A stretch of 58,147 bases of DNA, taken from an uncultured Thermodesulfovibrio sp. (GTDB lineage Bacteria; Nitrospirota; Thermodesulfovibrionia; Thermodesulfovibrionales; JdFR-85). The stretch covers positions 4,249 through 62,395 of the forward strand of contig CAZITN010000003.1 in NCBI GenBank assembly GCA_964542175.1. Reading direction: 5' to 3'. Both the position numbers and the translations under genes were made by a program. Shown piece after piece: positions 40,030 to 48,285 of the stretch (positions are counted from its first letter, which is position 1; each line of letters starts with the position of its first letter). The notes beneath the pieces are model-generated. The model saw only the letters and a program-made list of their open reading frames with translations, was not told the origin of the DNA and did no database searches.

Positions 40030-40443
40030 ATGAAACTATGTTTGATCAGAAACCGGTCCATAGTGGTCATTGTATTACTGTTCGGGATGTTCAGTGCAGC
40101 CCATGCATACGGCAACGATATTAAGATGCTCTTTTTCTACGAGGATGGTTGCAAGTACTGTGAAAAGATGGATAAAGTACTTGAGGATGCATCAATCCAT
40201 AACATTGTTTCCAAAAACACAAGCATGATCAAGATAAAGATCACCGGCAAGAAGCATGTGGATGATGGTAAAACAGAAGAAGAGCTTGCCCGGGAATATA
40301 ACATAAAGGGTGTCCCCACAATCGTTTTTCTCAGTCCTGGTGGAAAGGAGCTTTTCAGGGTTCCAGGGCTTCTCTCAAAGGAAGATTTTAAAGATATATT
40401 ATGTCATTATGTGAAGGGGATAAAAAGGGGTTGTAAGGACTGA
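40030..40443 (+). CDS. periplasmic thioredoxin-fold protein (SoxW/SoxS-like role)
   Basis: Sec signal MKLCLIRNRSIVVIVLLFGMFSAAHA, CKYC redox motif and cis-Pro context GVPTIVF. The longer ORF start at 39940 lies in the regulatory repeats. Confidence 0.78.
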   Translation: MKLCLIRNRSIVVIVLLFGMFSAAHAYGNDIKMLFFYEDGCKYCEKMDKVLEDASIHNIVSKNTSMIKIKITGKKHVDDGKTEEELAREYNIKGVPTIVFLSPGGKELFRVPGLLSKEDFKDILCHYVKGIKRGCKD

Positions 40444-40515
40444 CCGGCAGTTTGCCGGAGATGTCAATCTAATGAGTCATGTCTGCACAAGGCAGATGTG
40501 CAAAGGGAGGTAACG

Positions 40516-41007
40516 ATGGCGCGGAAAACTTTATTGATGGGGGTGGTGCTGCTTGCACTCTCAGGTTTTATCCTTGGCCCGGGATCAGCCAGGGCTGCTG
40601 ATACTGAGAGAAAGGCGGTCTACCATTGTGATTTCGGCAACCCCAAACGAGTTGATGCGATGCTCCGCAATATCTATAACCTGGTAAACTTTTATACTAC
40701 AAATGGTATTTCCTATGATGTCCGGGTTGTTTCCAATTCAGCTTGTGTCCAGTTTCTGCTGACGGATACCAAGGGTACAAAGTTTGCTTCCAAGAAGATT
40801 CCCCCGAAACTTGCCAAATCCATAAATGAGAGAATGCAGAGTCTTGCGGATGGTTACGATGTCAAGTTCGAACAGTGCAGCATCACTCTTAAGAGGACGA
40901 ATACACCCAAATCAAAACTTAAGCCCTTTGTAGCCATTGTTAATTCAGGTCAGGTAAGGGTGGTAGAACTCCAGGATAAAGGTTATGCCTATATCAAGGT
41001 TAAATGA
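40516..41007 (+). CDS. secreted DsrE/DsrF-like fold protein (COG1416-like)
   Basis: Signal peptide ending ARA-AD, then a beta-alpha-beta pattern (AVYHCDF..., VRVVSNSACVQFL). Start at ATG 40516 behind AGGGAGG. Confidence 0.65.
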   Translation: MARKTLLMGVVLLALSGFILGPGSARAADTERKAVYHCDFGNPKRVDAMLRNIYNLVNFYTTNGISYDVRVVSNSACVQFLLTDTKGTKFASKKIPPKLAKSINERMQSLADGYDVKFEQCSITLKRTNTPKSKLKPFVAIVNSGQVRVVELQDKGYAYIKVK

Positions 41008-41091
41008 GGTTGTGTAGCAGATTATGCTCCATCCGGAGGGGATGGAGGCAACGGCAGCATCAAAATATAAATAAAGGAAGGAGGTGCGAGG

Positions 41092-41490
41092 ATGCAGAAG
41101 GAAAGAAGGAGGATCTCTGTCAAAGTGAGGACTCTGGTATTTGCAGGGTTGTTTCTGCTCTCTATGGTGATCTTTGCAGGTATGGTTTTTGCGGGTAGCA
41201 GTGTAGATGAGGGCAGAAAGATATGCACTACGAGGAAGCTTGGCAATTGTGTTTCCTGCCACTATCTGCCTGATGTAGAGTCTCCCGGAAATGTTGGTCC
41301 CAACCTTGTGGAGTCGATGAAAAACTATACCCCTGAAGACCGTGCTACAGTGAGGCAGTGGATCGAGGATGCTCGGAAGTTCAATCCGGAAACCATTATG
41401 CCTCCATTTGGTGCCAACAAGATACTCAATCAGAAGCAGATTGATGCAATTGTCGACTACCTGTATTCCTTGAAGAAGGGCGGGAAATAG
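41092..41490 (+). CDS. soxX: monoheme cytochrome c SoxX
   Basis: Signal/anchor, a single CVSCH heme motif and PPFG..LNQKQIDAIVDYL, typical of SoxX. Confidence 0.87.
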   Translation: MQKERRRISVKVRTLVFAGLFLLSMVIFAGMVFAGSSVDEGRKICTTRKLGNCVSCHYLPDVESPGNVGPNLVESMKNYTPEDRATVRQWIEDARKFNPETIMPPFGANKILNQKQIDAIVDYLYSLKKGGK

Positions 41491-41536
41491 CACCACGTTC
41501 AATCTGGTAAACATAATTATTTAAGGAGGAGCTTTT

Positions 41537-42034
41537 ATGAAGGAAGGTAGCAAGATATCAAGAAGAGAGTTCATGATGATGGCGGGGCTGGCATGCACTG
41601 CTGTACTTTCCGCCTCTTCTCTGGGGTCGGTCCTGAAACCTTCAATAGCCGAGGCTGCAGAAAAGCCTGATGTGGAGCATATCAACGATGTTCTGAAGAA
41701 TATGTTCGGGAGCAGAAAGATCGAGATGGCTCACGTAAAGCTAAAGACACCCATAATAGCAGAGAATGGAGCGGTTGTGCCTGTCACAGTCATATCAGAT
41801 CTGCCGATGGAAAAGGATAACTATGTGAAGAAAATCTATATTTTCGTCGATGAGAATTATCATCCATTTACGGCCAGTGCCGAGCTTTCTCCAGCCAATG
41901 GTAAGGCAACGCTCGCTCTGAGAATCAAAATGAGAAAGACTTCAAATGTGCGGGCGGTTGTTGAGACAAGCACCGGCAAGCTCTACAGTGCAATAAAGGC
42001 CGTAAAGGTTACGATCGGCGGTTGTGGTGGATAA
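41537..42034 (+). CDS. soxY: sulfur carrier protein SoxY
   Basis: Tat signal SRREFMMMAG and the diagnostic C-terminus VTIGGCGG. Confidence 0.95.
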   Translation: MKEGSKISRREFMMMAGLACTAVLSASSLGSVLKPSIAEAAEKPDVEHINDVLKNMFGSRKIEMAHVKLKTPIIAENGAVVPVTVISDLPMEKDNYVKKIYIFVDENYHPFTASAELSPANGKATLALRIKMRKTSNVRAVVETSTGKLYSAIKAVKVTIGGCGG

Positions 42035-42075
42035 CAGGTAGAGAATGACAAATTAACAACTAAGAAGGAGGAAAC

Positions 42076-42411
42076 ATGCCAAAAGGAATAGGCAAGATTA
42101 AAATCAGGGTTCCCAGGAAGATAAAAAAGGGTGCGGTCATACCTGTGAAGGCGCTGATTACTCACCCCATGGAGACGGGATTCAGAAAGGACAAGAAGAC
42201 AAAAAAGAGAATACCTGCATATTACATCAATGATGTGAATGTCTATTACGGAAACGACCTGATTACACATATGGAATGGACAATTGCCGTTAGTGCAAAC
42301 CCGTTTATGACATTTTATCTGAAGGCGGACAAGGCGGCTCCACTTAAAATCGTATGGAAGGATATTAAAGGTGGTGAGTATGAAAAGACAATCCAGATCA
42401 ATCCCCAATAA
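42076..42411 (+). CDS. soxZ: SoxZ
   Basis: 111 aa immediately after soxY. Motifs IKIRVP...ALITHPMETGFRKD, typical of SoxZ. Confidence 0.9.
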   Translation: MPKGIGKIKIRVPRKIKKGAVIPVKALITHPMETGFRKDKKTKKRIPAYYINDVNVYYGNDLITHMEWTIAVSANPFMTFYLKADKAAPLKIVWKDIKGGEYEKTIQINPQ

Positions 42412-42429
42412 CTCAGAGGAGGTAGGCGG

Positions 42430-43263
42430 ATGTATAAGAATCTCTTTAAAATAGCAGTATGTCTTGCAGTTATCCTCTCACCTTTAATGGCCGTCCATGA
42501 TGTATGGGCCGGAGGGGACTCTGCTTCGATCCAGGAATACGAACAAGGCTGTACGTACGAGGAGTATGAAAAAACATACCTTGAGTTTTATGGCAACTCG
42601 ACAAATGAGATGGCCGAGGAAGGGAATCCCGCTGAGCTGATGCTCGATGACGGAAAGGATCTTTACAACACAGTTGACGGCTCTAAGGGGAAGTCATGTG
42701 CAAGCTGTCATGGCGAGAATGGGGAAAAGCTGGTTGGCGTGGCAGTAAAGTATCCGAAGTATGACCCGGCGATAAAGGGTATAAACACAGTGGCACTCCA
42801 GATTAACAGGTGTCGTGAGAACCAGATGGGTGCAAAACCTCTGAAGTACGAGTCCTACGACCAGCTGGCGCTTACACTGTATGTTAAATCCCTCTCGAAT
42901 GGAATGAAGATAAATGTGAGCATAGACGGTCCGGCGAGAGAATTTTATGAAAAGGGCAAGAAATTCTACTATACCCGTATGGGACAGTGGAACTTCAACT
43001 GTGCGGTATGTCATGTCAAGTATTCCTGTAAGAGAGTCAGGACCAACCTCCTCTCACCGAACAGGCACCATGGCGACCACTGGCCGTCCTACAGGCTCAA
43101 GTGGGGCAAGACAGGTTCGATGCAGAGACGGTTCAGGGGATGTATGAAAAATATGCGTGCAAAACCTCTACCGTATCAGAGTGAAGAGTATCGCAACCTG
43201 GAACTGTATCTGACTTACCAGTCGAATGGCCTCCCCTTAGAGGTCCCTGGCATGAGAATGTGA
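42430..43263 (+). CDS. soxA: diheme cytochrome c SoxA
   Basis: Signal peptide, CASCH and CAVCH heme motifs and a conserved RFRGCM Cys-ligand region. Confidence 0.9.
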   Translation: MYKNLFKIAVCLAVILSPLMAVHDVWAGGDSASIQEYEQGCTYEEYEKTYLEFYGNSTNEMAEEGNPAELMLDDGKDLYNTVDGSKGKSCASCHGENGEKLVGVAVKYPKYDPAIKGINTVALQINRCRENQMGAKPLKYESYDQLALTLYVKSLSNGMKINVSIDGPAREFYEKGKKFYYTRMGQWNFNCAVCHVKYSCKRVRTNLLSPNRHHGDHWPSYRLKWGKTGSMQRRFRGCMKNMRAKPLPYQSEEYRNLELYLTYQSNGLPLEVPGMRM

Positions 43264-43450
43264 AGATACCAGTAAGCCTCGAACTGCTTTGAAAGGAAGG
43301 CGGAACAGCGTGGAGCAGTACACATGATCACATGTGAGTGAGATGTTGAATGCTGTGAGTGTGTTTCACATCCATCACGCCTTTCTTTGGTTTGATCAGA
43401 CTGACAGCGACTTTAGAAAATGAATTACAGAAACTTCAAGGAGGCGCTCA

Positions 43451-45115
43451 ATGAGTATCAGCAGGAGAGAGTTTATAAAGGTTCTGTCACTTGCTGCAGG
43501 TGCATCAACCTTCTTGCCTTCCGGTGTGCTTGCCAAGGCATTGACTGAAAAGAACCTTCTTGAATTCAAGGCAAAGGGAAATCTGACAATACTGCACACC
43601 ACAGACAGCCATGCCCAGATTGTGCCCATATACTACAGAGAACCTGACACAAACATCGGCGTTGGGGTAAACAAGGGGAAACCTCCCCATCTTACAGGGA
43701 AGGAGTTTCTGCGCTATTATGGTATCAAGCCTCAAACACTTGAGGCTTATGCATACACTTCCGATGACTATCTCTCCCTGGCAAGGGAATTCGGCAAGAT
43801 GGGGGGATTTGCTTATATTGCGGCATTAATAAAGCAGATTCGCGCAGAAAGAAATGGTAAAACCCTCTACTTTGACACAGGAGACACACTTCAAGGCTCT
43901 GCCACCAGCCTGTGGACAAAAGGCGAGGACATGGTGAAAGTCCTGAATCTGCTTAAATGTGACGCAATGACAGGACACTGGGAATTCACATACGGCGAGG
44001 AGAGAGTTCAGGAGCTGATTGGAATGATGAACTTTCCCTTCGTAGCCCAGAATGTCCACGAAGCTACATGGGGAGATCAGATATTCAAACCCTATGTCAT
44101 AAAAACAGTAAACGGGATTTCCGTCGGGATAATAGGACAGGCCTTCCCCTATACGCCTATTGCGAACCCCAGAAGGCTGATCCCTAACTGGTCCTTTGGT
44201 ATCAAGGAAGAAAATATGCAGGATGTAGTAGATGAGGTGAGGTCTAAAAAGGTCGACCTTGTTGTTGTCATTTCGCATAATGGTTTTGACGTTGACAAGA
44301 AAATGGTCAGTCGTGTCAAAGGGATTGATGTAATTATGGGTGGCCACACCCATGACGGTCTCCCGAAGCCTGTAATGGTGGGAAAGACGCTTGTAATAGG
44401 CTCTGGCTGTTACGGCAAGTATCTCTCAAGGCTTGACCTCGAAGTGAAGGGAAAGACAATAACAGACTACTCATACAGGCTGATACCGGTTATGTCCGAG
44501 ATGATCCAGCCTGACCCGGAAATGGCAAAGCTGATTGATGAGATAAGGGCTCCATACAGGGAAAAACTGGAAGAGGTAATAGGCCATACTGAGGATGTCC
44601 TTTACAGAAGGGGGAATCTCGATGGAACCTTTGATGAGTTGATCTGCGATGCCCTTGTAGATCACTATGGTGTGGACTTTGCTTTCTCTCCTGGATTCAG
44701 GTGGGGAAGGACCGTTCTTCCCGGACCAATCACGGCTGATGATGTCTACTCACAGACAGCCCTTACCTATCCCAATACATACAAGAGCAAGATGAAGGGG
44801 AAAATGTTAAAGGATATACTTGAGGATATAACAGATAATCTCTTTAATCTTGATCCATATAAACAACAGGGTGGAGACATAGTCAGGACAAAAGGGCTGG
44901 ACTTCAAGATAGTCGTAAAGGAGAAGATGGGCAGCAGGGTTCAGAACCTGACGGTGCGGGGCGAACCTGTTGATCCTGACAAGGAGTATACATTTACCGG
45001 ATGGGCATCCATGGCAGAACAGAGCGGTCCACCTGTATATGATATTGTGCTGGATTATATAAGGAAGAAGAAAAAAGTCAAGGTTTCGCTCACAAGACCG
45101 ACGATAGTCTTATAG
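43451..45115 (+). CDS. soxB: thiosulfohydrolase SoxB
   Basis: Tat signal SRREFIKVL, metallophosphoesterase motifs (HTTDSH, GDT, GHWEF, GGHTHD) and a 5'-nucleotidase-like C-terminus. Confidence 0.94.
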   Translation: MSISRREFIKVLSLAAGASTFLPSGVLAKALTEKNLLEFKAKGNLTILHTTDSHAQIVPIYYREPDTNIGVGVNKGKPPHLTGKEFLRYYGIKPQTLEAYAYTSDDYLSLAREFGKMGGFAYIAALIKQIRAERNGKTLYFDTGDTLQGSATSLWTKGEDMVKVLNLLKCDAMTGHWEFTYGEERVQELIGMMNFPFVAQNVHEATWGDQIFKPYVIKTVNGISVGIIGQAFPYTPIANPRRLIPNWSFGIKEENMQDVVDEVRSKKVDLVVVISHNGFDVDKKMVSRVKGIDVIMGGHTHDGLPKPVMVGKTLVIGSGCYGKYLSRLDLEVKGKTITDYSYRLIPVMSEMIQPDPEMAKLIDEIRAPYREKLEEVIGHTEDVLYRRGNLDGTFDELICDALVDHYGVDFAFSPGFRWGRTVLPGPITADDVYSQTALTYPNTYKSKMKGKMLKDILEDITDNLFNLDPYKQQGGDIVRTKGLDFKIVVKEKMGSRVQNLTVRGEPVDPDKEYTFTGWASMAEQSGPPVYDIVLDYIRKKKKVKVSLTRPTIVL

Positions 45116-45135
45116 ATGACCCTCCCCGATGGTTA

Positions 45136-45181
45136 AGGTATCCCTTTGAAGCTCTTCATAGGGATACCTCTTTTTATTTTT
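45136..45181 (+). terminator. intrinsic terminator after soxB
   Basis: AGGTATCCCT (45136-45) pairs with AGGGATACCT (45160-69), followed by CTTTTTATTTTT. Confidence 0.75.
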
Positions 45182-45268
45182 CTCCCTGATTGGCATGGGA
45201 GGCAGTCGTTGCGAATTGAAACCAGTGTATTCTATACAGATGCCGGACGGTTAAAGTAAAATATAAAT

Positions 45269-46822
45269 ATGCTCCATAAAAAAATTCGAGTCTTGAACGC
45301 CATTGCAACAGTTCTTGTTCTGCTCCTTTTCACTTTCTTCCTGCCAGAGACGTGGGCTGAGGAGGAACCTGCCAGAGAGGTGCTGAGGATGATGCTGATC
45401 CCACTTGAATCCCCTTCTGAGATGTACAGGAAATTCCTGCCTGTTAAGCGTTACCTTCAGGACCGGTTGAATCGCGGTATATCGTTAAAAGTCGCCAGGA
45501 ACAGCTCTGATATATTGACCCTTTTTAAAAAAGACAAGATTGACGTTGCCTTTGTCTGTCCAACGCTCTACTGTGAAATAGCAGCAGAAACGGGTATTGA
45601 ACCTCTCGTGAAGTTGCAGATCAACGGGAGTGATGAGTACAGGAGTGTGCTTGTAGTGAGAGACGATGCAGATATCCGTAAAATTTCCGATCTTTATGAC
45701 ACTACAATGGTTTATGGCAGATACAGATGCCCCGGGTCTGGCCTCCTTCCTGACATAATGCTTGGCAGGATTGGAATGGAAAGGGACGACTTCTTTGATA
45801 TAGTAAGACTTGGATCTGATGAAAGTGCAATGCTGGCTGTAATGGCGAGGATGTTTGATGTAACCGGCGTCCCGGAAATGTCCGTAAGGCAGTATTTGGG
45901 CAGGGGCCTCAGAATTCTGAGATATTCCTATCCGATTCCTCAGTATCTTTTTGTTGCGAGGAAGGGCCTGGGAGACGGGTTGATTGCGGATTTAAGGAAG
46001 GCATTGCTGGATGTTAACGTGCTTCCTGGAAAAGAGGCTGTGTTAGGCAGGATAGAAGAGGGTATCTCCGGGTTCACTGAAGCAAAGGACAGCGATTACG
46101 ATATTGTAAGACTGCTGATGAGGAGCTCTGGTGAGGCAATCAGGTCGAGAAACGGCAGCAACGGAACCATTCTGCTAGTAGAGCCTGTAATATATGCCCC
46201 TGATATGTTCAGGAAAACAAAAAGGCTGAAGAATTGTCTCGAAAAGAGCCTGGAAAGAAAAATAGATATCTTGATTCCTCAAAACAACCAGGCATTCGTT
46301 GCAATGAAGCAGAAGATCAAAAACCTTGTTATCCTTCAGGAAAATTCCCTCTATAGAACAAAGAGGGCTCCGGGAGAGAGATTTGTCTCCAGATACGATT
46401 TGCTGCGTTATGAGAAGGGACTGGTGATTACACTGAAGAGCAGCAAGATTAACAGCCTGACCGACCTGAAGAACAGAAGTGTCGGTGTTATATCATTTGA
46501 TTCGGAAGGAGGGTATCTCTCGCAGGCGAGGCTTCTGGACCGCGAGGGGATACGTTTAAAGAAGGAACAGTTTTCTCTGTTTGGTACATATGAAAATGTC
46601 GTTATGGCGGTCTACAGAAAAGAGGTTGATGCCGGCTTCGTCAGCTCTGCTTCTTTTGAGGAGATTCAAAAGGATATTGATCTTGGAAAGATAAAAATCA
46701 TGGTAAGCACGCCTCCCCTTGAGGATTGGGTGTTCTCTGTAAAGGGGCTTTCCTCAGTGCAGTGGGGGATTATAAAAGACCAGGTGAACAGGTGTCATGA
46801 AGTTACTGGAAAACTTCAATAA
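45269..46822 (+). CDS. secreted protein with two tandem PhnD-like (type-2 periplasmic binding) modules
   Basis: Signal peptide. Module 1 covers about aa 35-290 (LRMMLIPLESP...YRSVLVVRDD...) and module 2 about aa 295-510 (GVISFDSEGGYL...DAGFVSS...). No ABC permease or ATPase nearby. Confidence 0.78.
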   Translation: MLHKKIRVLNAIATVLVLLLFTFFLPETWAEEEPAREVLRMMLIPLESPSEMYRKFLPVKRYLQDRLNRGISLKVARNSSDILTLFKKDKIDVAFVCPTLYCEIAAETGIEPLVKLQINGSDEYRSVLVVRDDADIRKISDLYDTTMVYGRYRCPGSGLLPDIMLGRIGMERDDFFDIVRLGSDESAMLAVMARMFDVTGVPEMSVRQYLGRGLRILRYSYPIPQYLFVARKGLGDGLIADLRKALLDVNVLPGKEAVLGRIEEGISGFTEAKDSDYDIVRLLMRSSGEAIRSRNGSNGTILLVEPVIYAPDMFRKTKRLKNCLEKSLERKIDILIPQNNQAFVAMKQKIKNLVILQENSLYRTKRAPGERFVSRYDLLRYEKGLVITLKSSKINSLTDLKNRSVGVISFDSEGGYLSQARLLDREGIRLKKEQFSLFGTYENVVMAVYRKEVDAGFVSSASFEEIQKDIDLGKIKIMVSTPPLEDWVFSVKGLSSVQWGIIKDQVNRCHEVTGKLQ

Positions 46823-48260
46823 TAAAATCAGTATTAAGACAAAAGGAATAATATATGTAGTAATACTCATAGGATTCATCTACATATCCATAAGCATCAT
46901 AGTCCTCTCTGTTGCCAGAAGAAACATTGTTTCACAGATGAAGAATTTCCATAATTCAATTGCCAGGAAACTCGTTCTCACGGCTGCTGATTCACTGGTA
47001 TCGGAGAATTATTCATATCTCATGCAGCAGGTCAGACAGCTACAGGCGACGGAGCAGGTAAAGGCTGTAAGGGTGATTGACAGCAGGGGGATCATAGTGG
47101 CTTCGGATAAAATACAGGAGATAGGAAGGACAGACAGGCAGCTACAGGACATCATGCTATCCCGCAAGAGCCTGAATGAATCCGGCCTTGATATCATGAT
47201 GCCCGTGACGATTGATGGGGATATCCTGGGTGCGGTCAGGATAGGCTTTGACTGGGATGCAGAGCAGGAGCTGATCAGAGGAGAATTCTATAAAATCAAG
47301 ATGAGGTTGTTCTACCTTGCCTTGGTTATTTTTGTGATCGGTGTGGGTGGGGCTTTTGTAGTATCAAGGAAGCTGACCAGACCCATAATAGAGCTCCTTA
47401 AGGAGATAGAGGAATTTGACAAGGAAATCTATCAGTCAGGCGAGGATCATTCACGATCATCCTATGGTGATGAGACCGTCCAGTTGAGTCATGCCTTTCA
47501 TCAGATGCTCCGGAACCTGAGAAAATATCTTAAGGAGTTCATAAGGATGTCTGAAGAGAAGGAGAAACTCTCCTGCATGGCCACCGTTGGCCAGATGTCA
47601 GCACAGATTGCCCATGAGATAAGAAACAGCCTTTACGCAATCAGTGGTGCAATTTCCGGTCTTGAGGCCGTGGGCAACAGAAATGATATGATAGAATATA
47701 TTGAAATCGTCCGGGATGAGGTAAGGGAGATGACAATGGTGACGGAAAGGTTTCTGAGGTTTGCCAGGATGCCTGAACCATCACCTGTCAAATGCAATAT
47801 TGAAGATATAATAAGGAAGGTGAACGATCTCCTTGAACCAGACCTTGAAGAATCCGGTATAAAAGTTACCGTTGAGGGTGAGAGACCACCGGATACAATA
47901 GCCGATCCCACTCTTCTCAAACAGGCATTCATGAATATCATGATGAACTCCGTGCAGGCGATAGAAAAGGATGGGGAGATTAACATCAGTATGGATACAT
48001 CTTCCGGCTATATAGCTGTTACAATTGAAGACAGCGGCCCCGGGATACCAAGTGAGATTGCAGAAATGATATTCAGACCTTTCTTCACGACAAAACATGA
48101 CGGAACCGGACTCGGGCTGGCTATAGTGTATAAAATAATTCTGTCTCATCATGGAGAGGTTTTTTTTGAAAATACGAAAAATGGAGCGTGTTTTACTGTC
48201 AGAATTCCAGTGCGGCATGCAGGTAACAGCCAGGCAGATATCATGGTAAAGAAATTTTGA
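46797..48260 (+). CDS. sensor histidine kinase (2 TM, periplasmic loop, HAMP, HisKA, HATPase)
   Basis: TM1 IIYVVILIGFIYISISIIVLSV, a roughly 130-aa loop, TM2, HAMP, H-box AHEIRNSL and G-boxes DSGPGIP/GTGLGLA. Overlaps the upstream gene by 26 nt. Confidence 0.9.
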   Translation: MKLLENFNNKISIKTKGIIYVVILIGFIYISISIIVLSVARRNIVSQMKNFHNSIARKLVLTAADSLVSENYSYLMQQVRQLQATEQVKAVRVIDSRGIIVASDKIQEIGRTDRQLQDIMLSRKSLNESGLDIMMPVTIDGDILGAVRIGFDWDAEQELIRGEFYKIKMRLFYLALVIFVIGVGGAFVVSRKLTRPIIELLKEIEEFDKEIYQSGEDHSRSSYGDETVQLSHAFHQMLRNLRKYLKEFIRMSEEKEKLSCMATVGQMSAQIAHEIRNSLYAISGAISGLEAVGNRNDMIEYIEIVRDEVREMTMVTERFLRFARMPEPSPVKCNIEDIIRKVNDLLEPDLEESGIKVTVEGERPPDTIADPTLLKQAFMNIMMNSVQAIEKDGEINISMDTSSGYIAVTIEDSGPGIPSEIAEMIFRPFFTTKHDGTGLGLAIVYKIILSHHGEVFFENTKNGACFTVRIPVRHAGNSQADIMVKKF

Positions 48261-48285
48261 TTTACCAGATTCGAAGGTGATTTCC

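Noticed and set aside
40945-41514. 189-aa minus-strand ORF
   Set aside because: Antisense to the DsrE-like gene end and soxX. The soxX frame has the CxxCH motif and a signal sequence.
45191-45212. TGGCAT...TTGC upstream of the PhnD-like gene considered as a sigma54 promoter
   Set aside because: The GG-to-GC distance is about 18 nt instead of the required 10 nt between the dinucleotides, so the spacing is incompatible.
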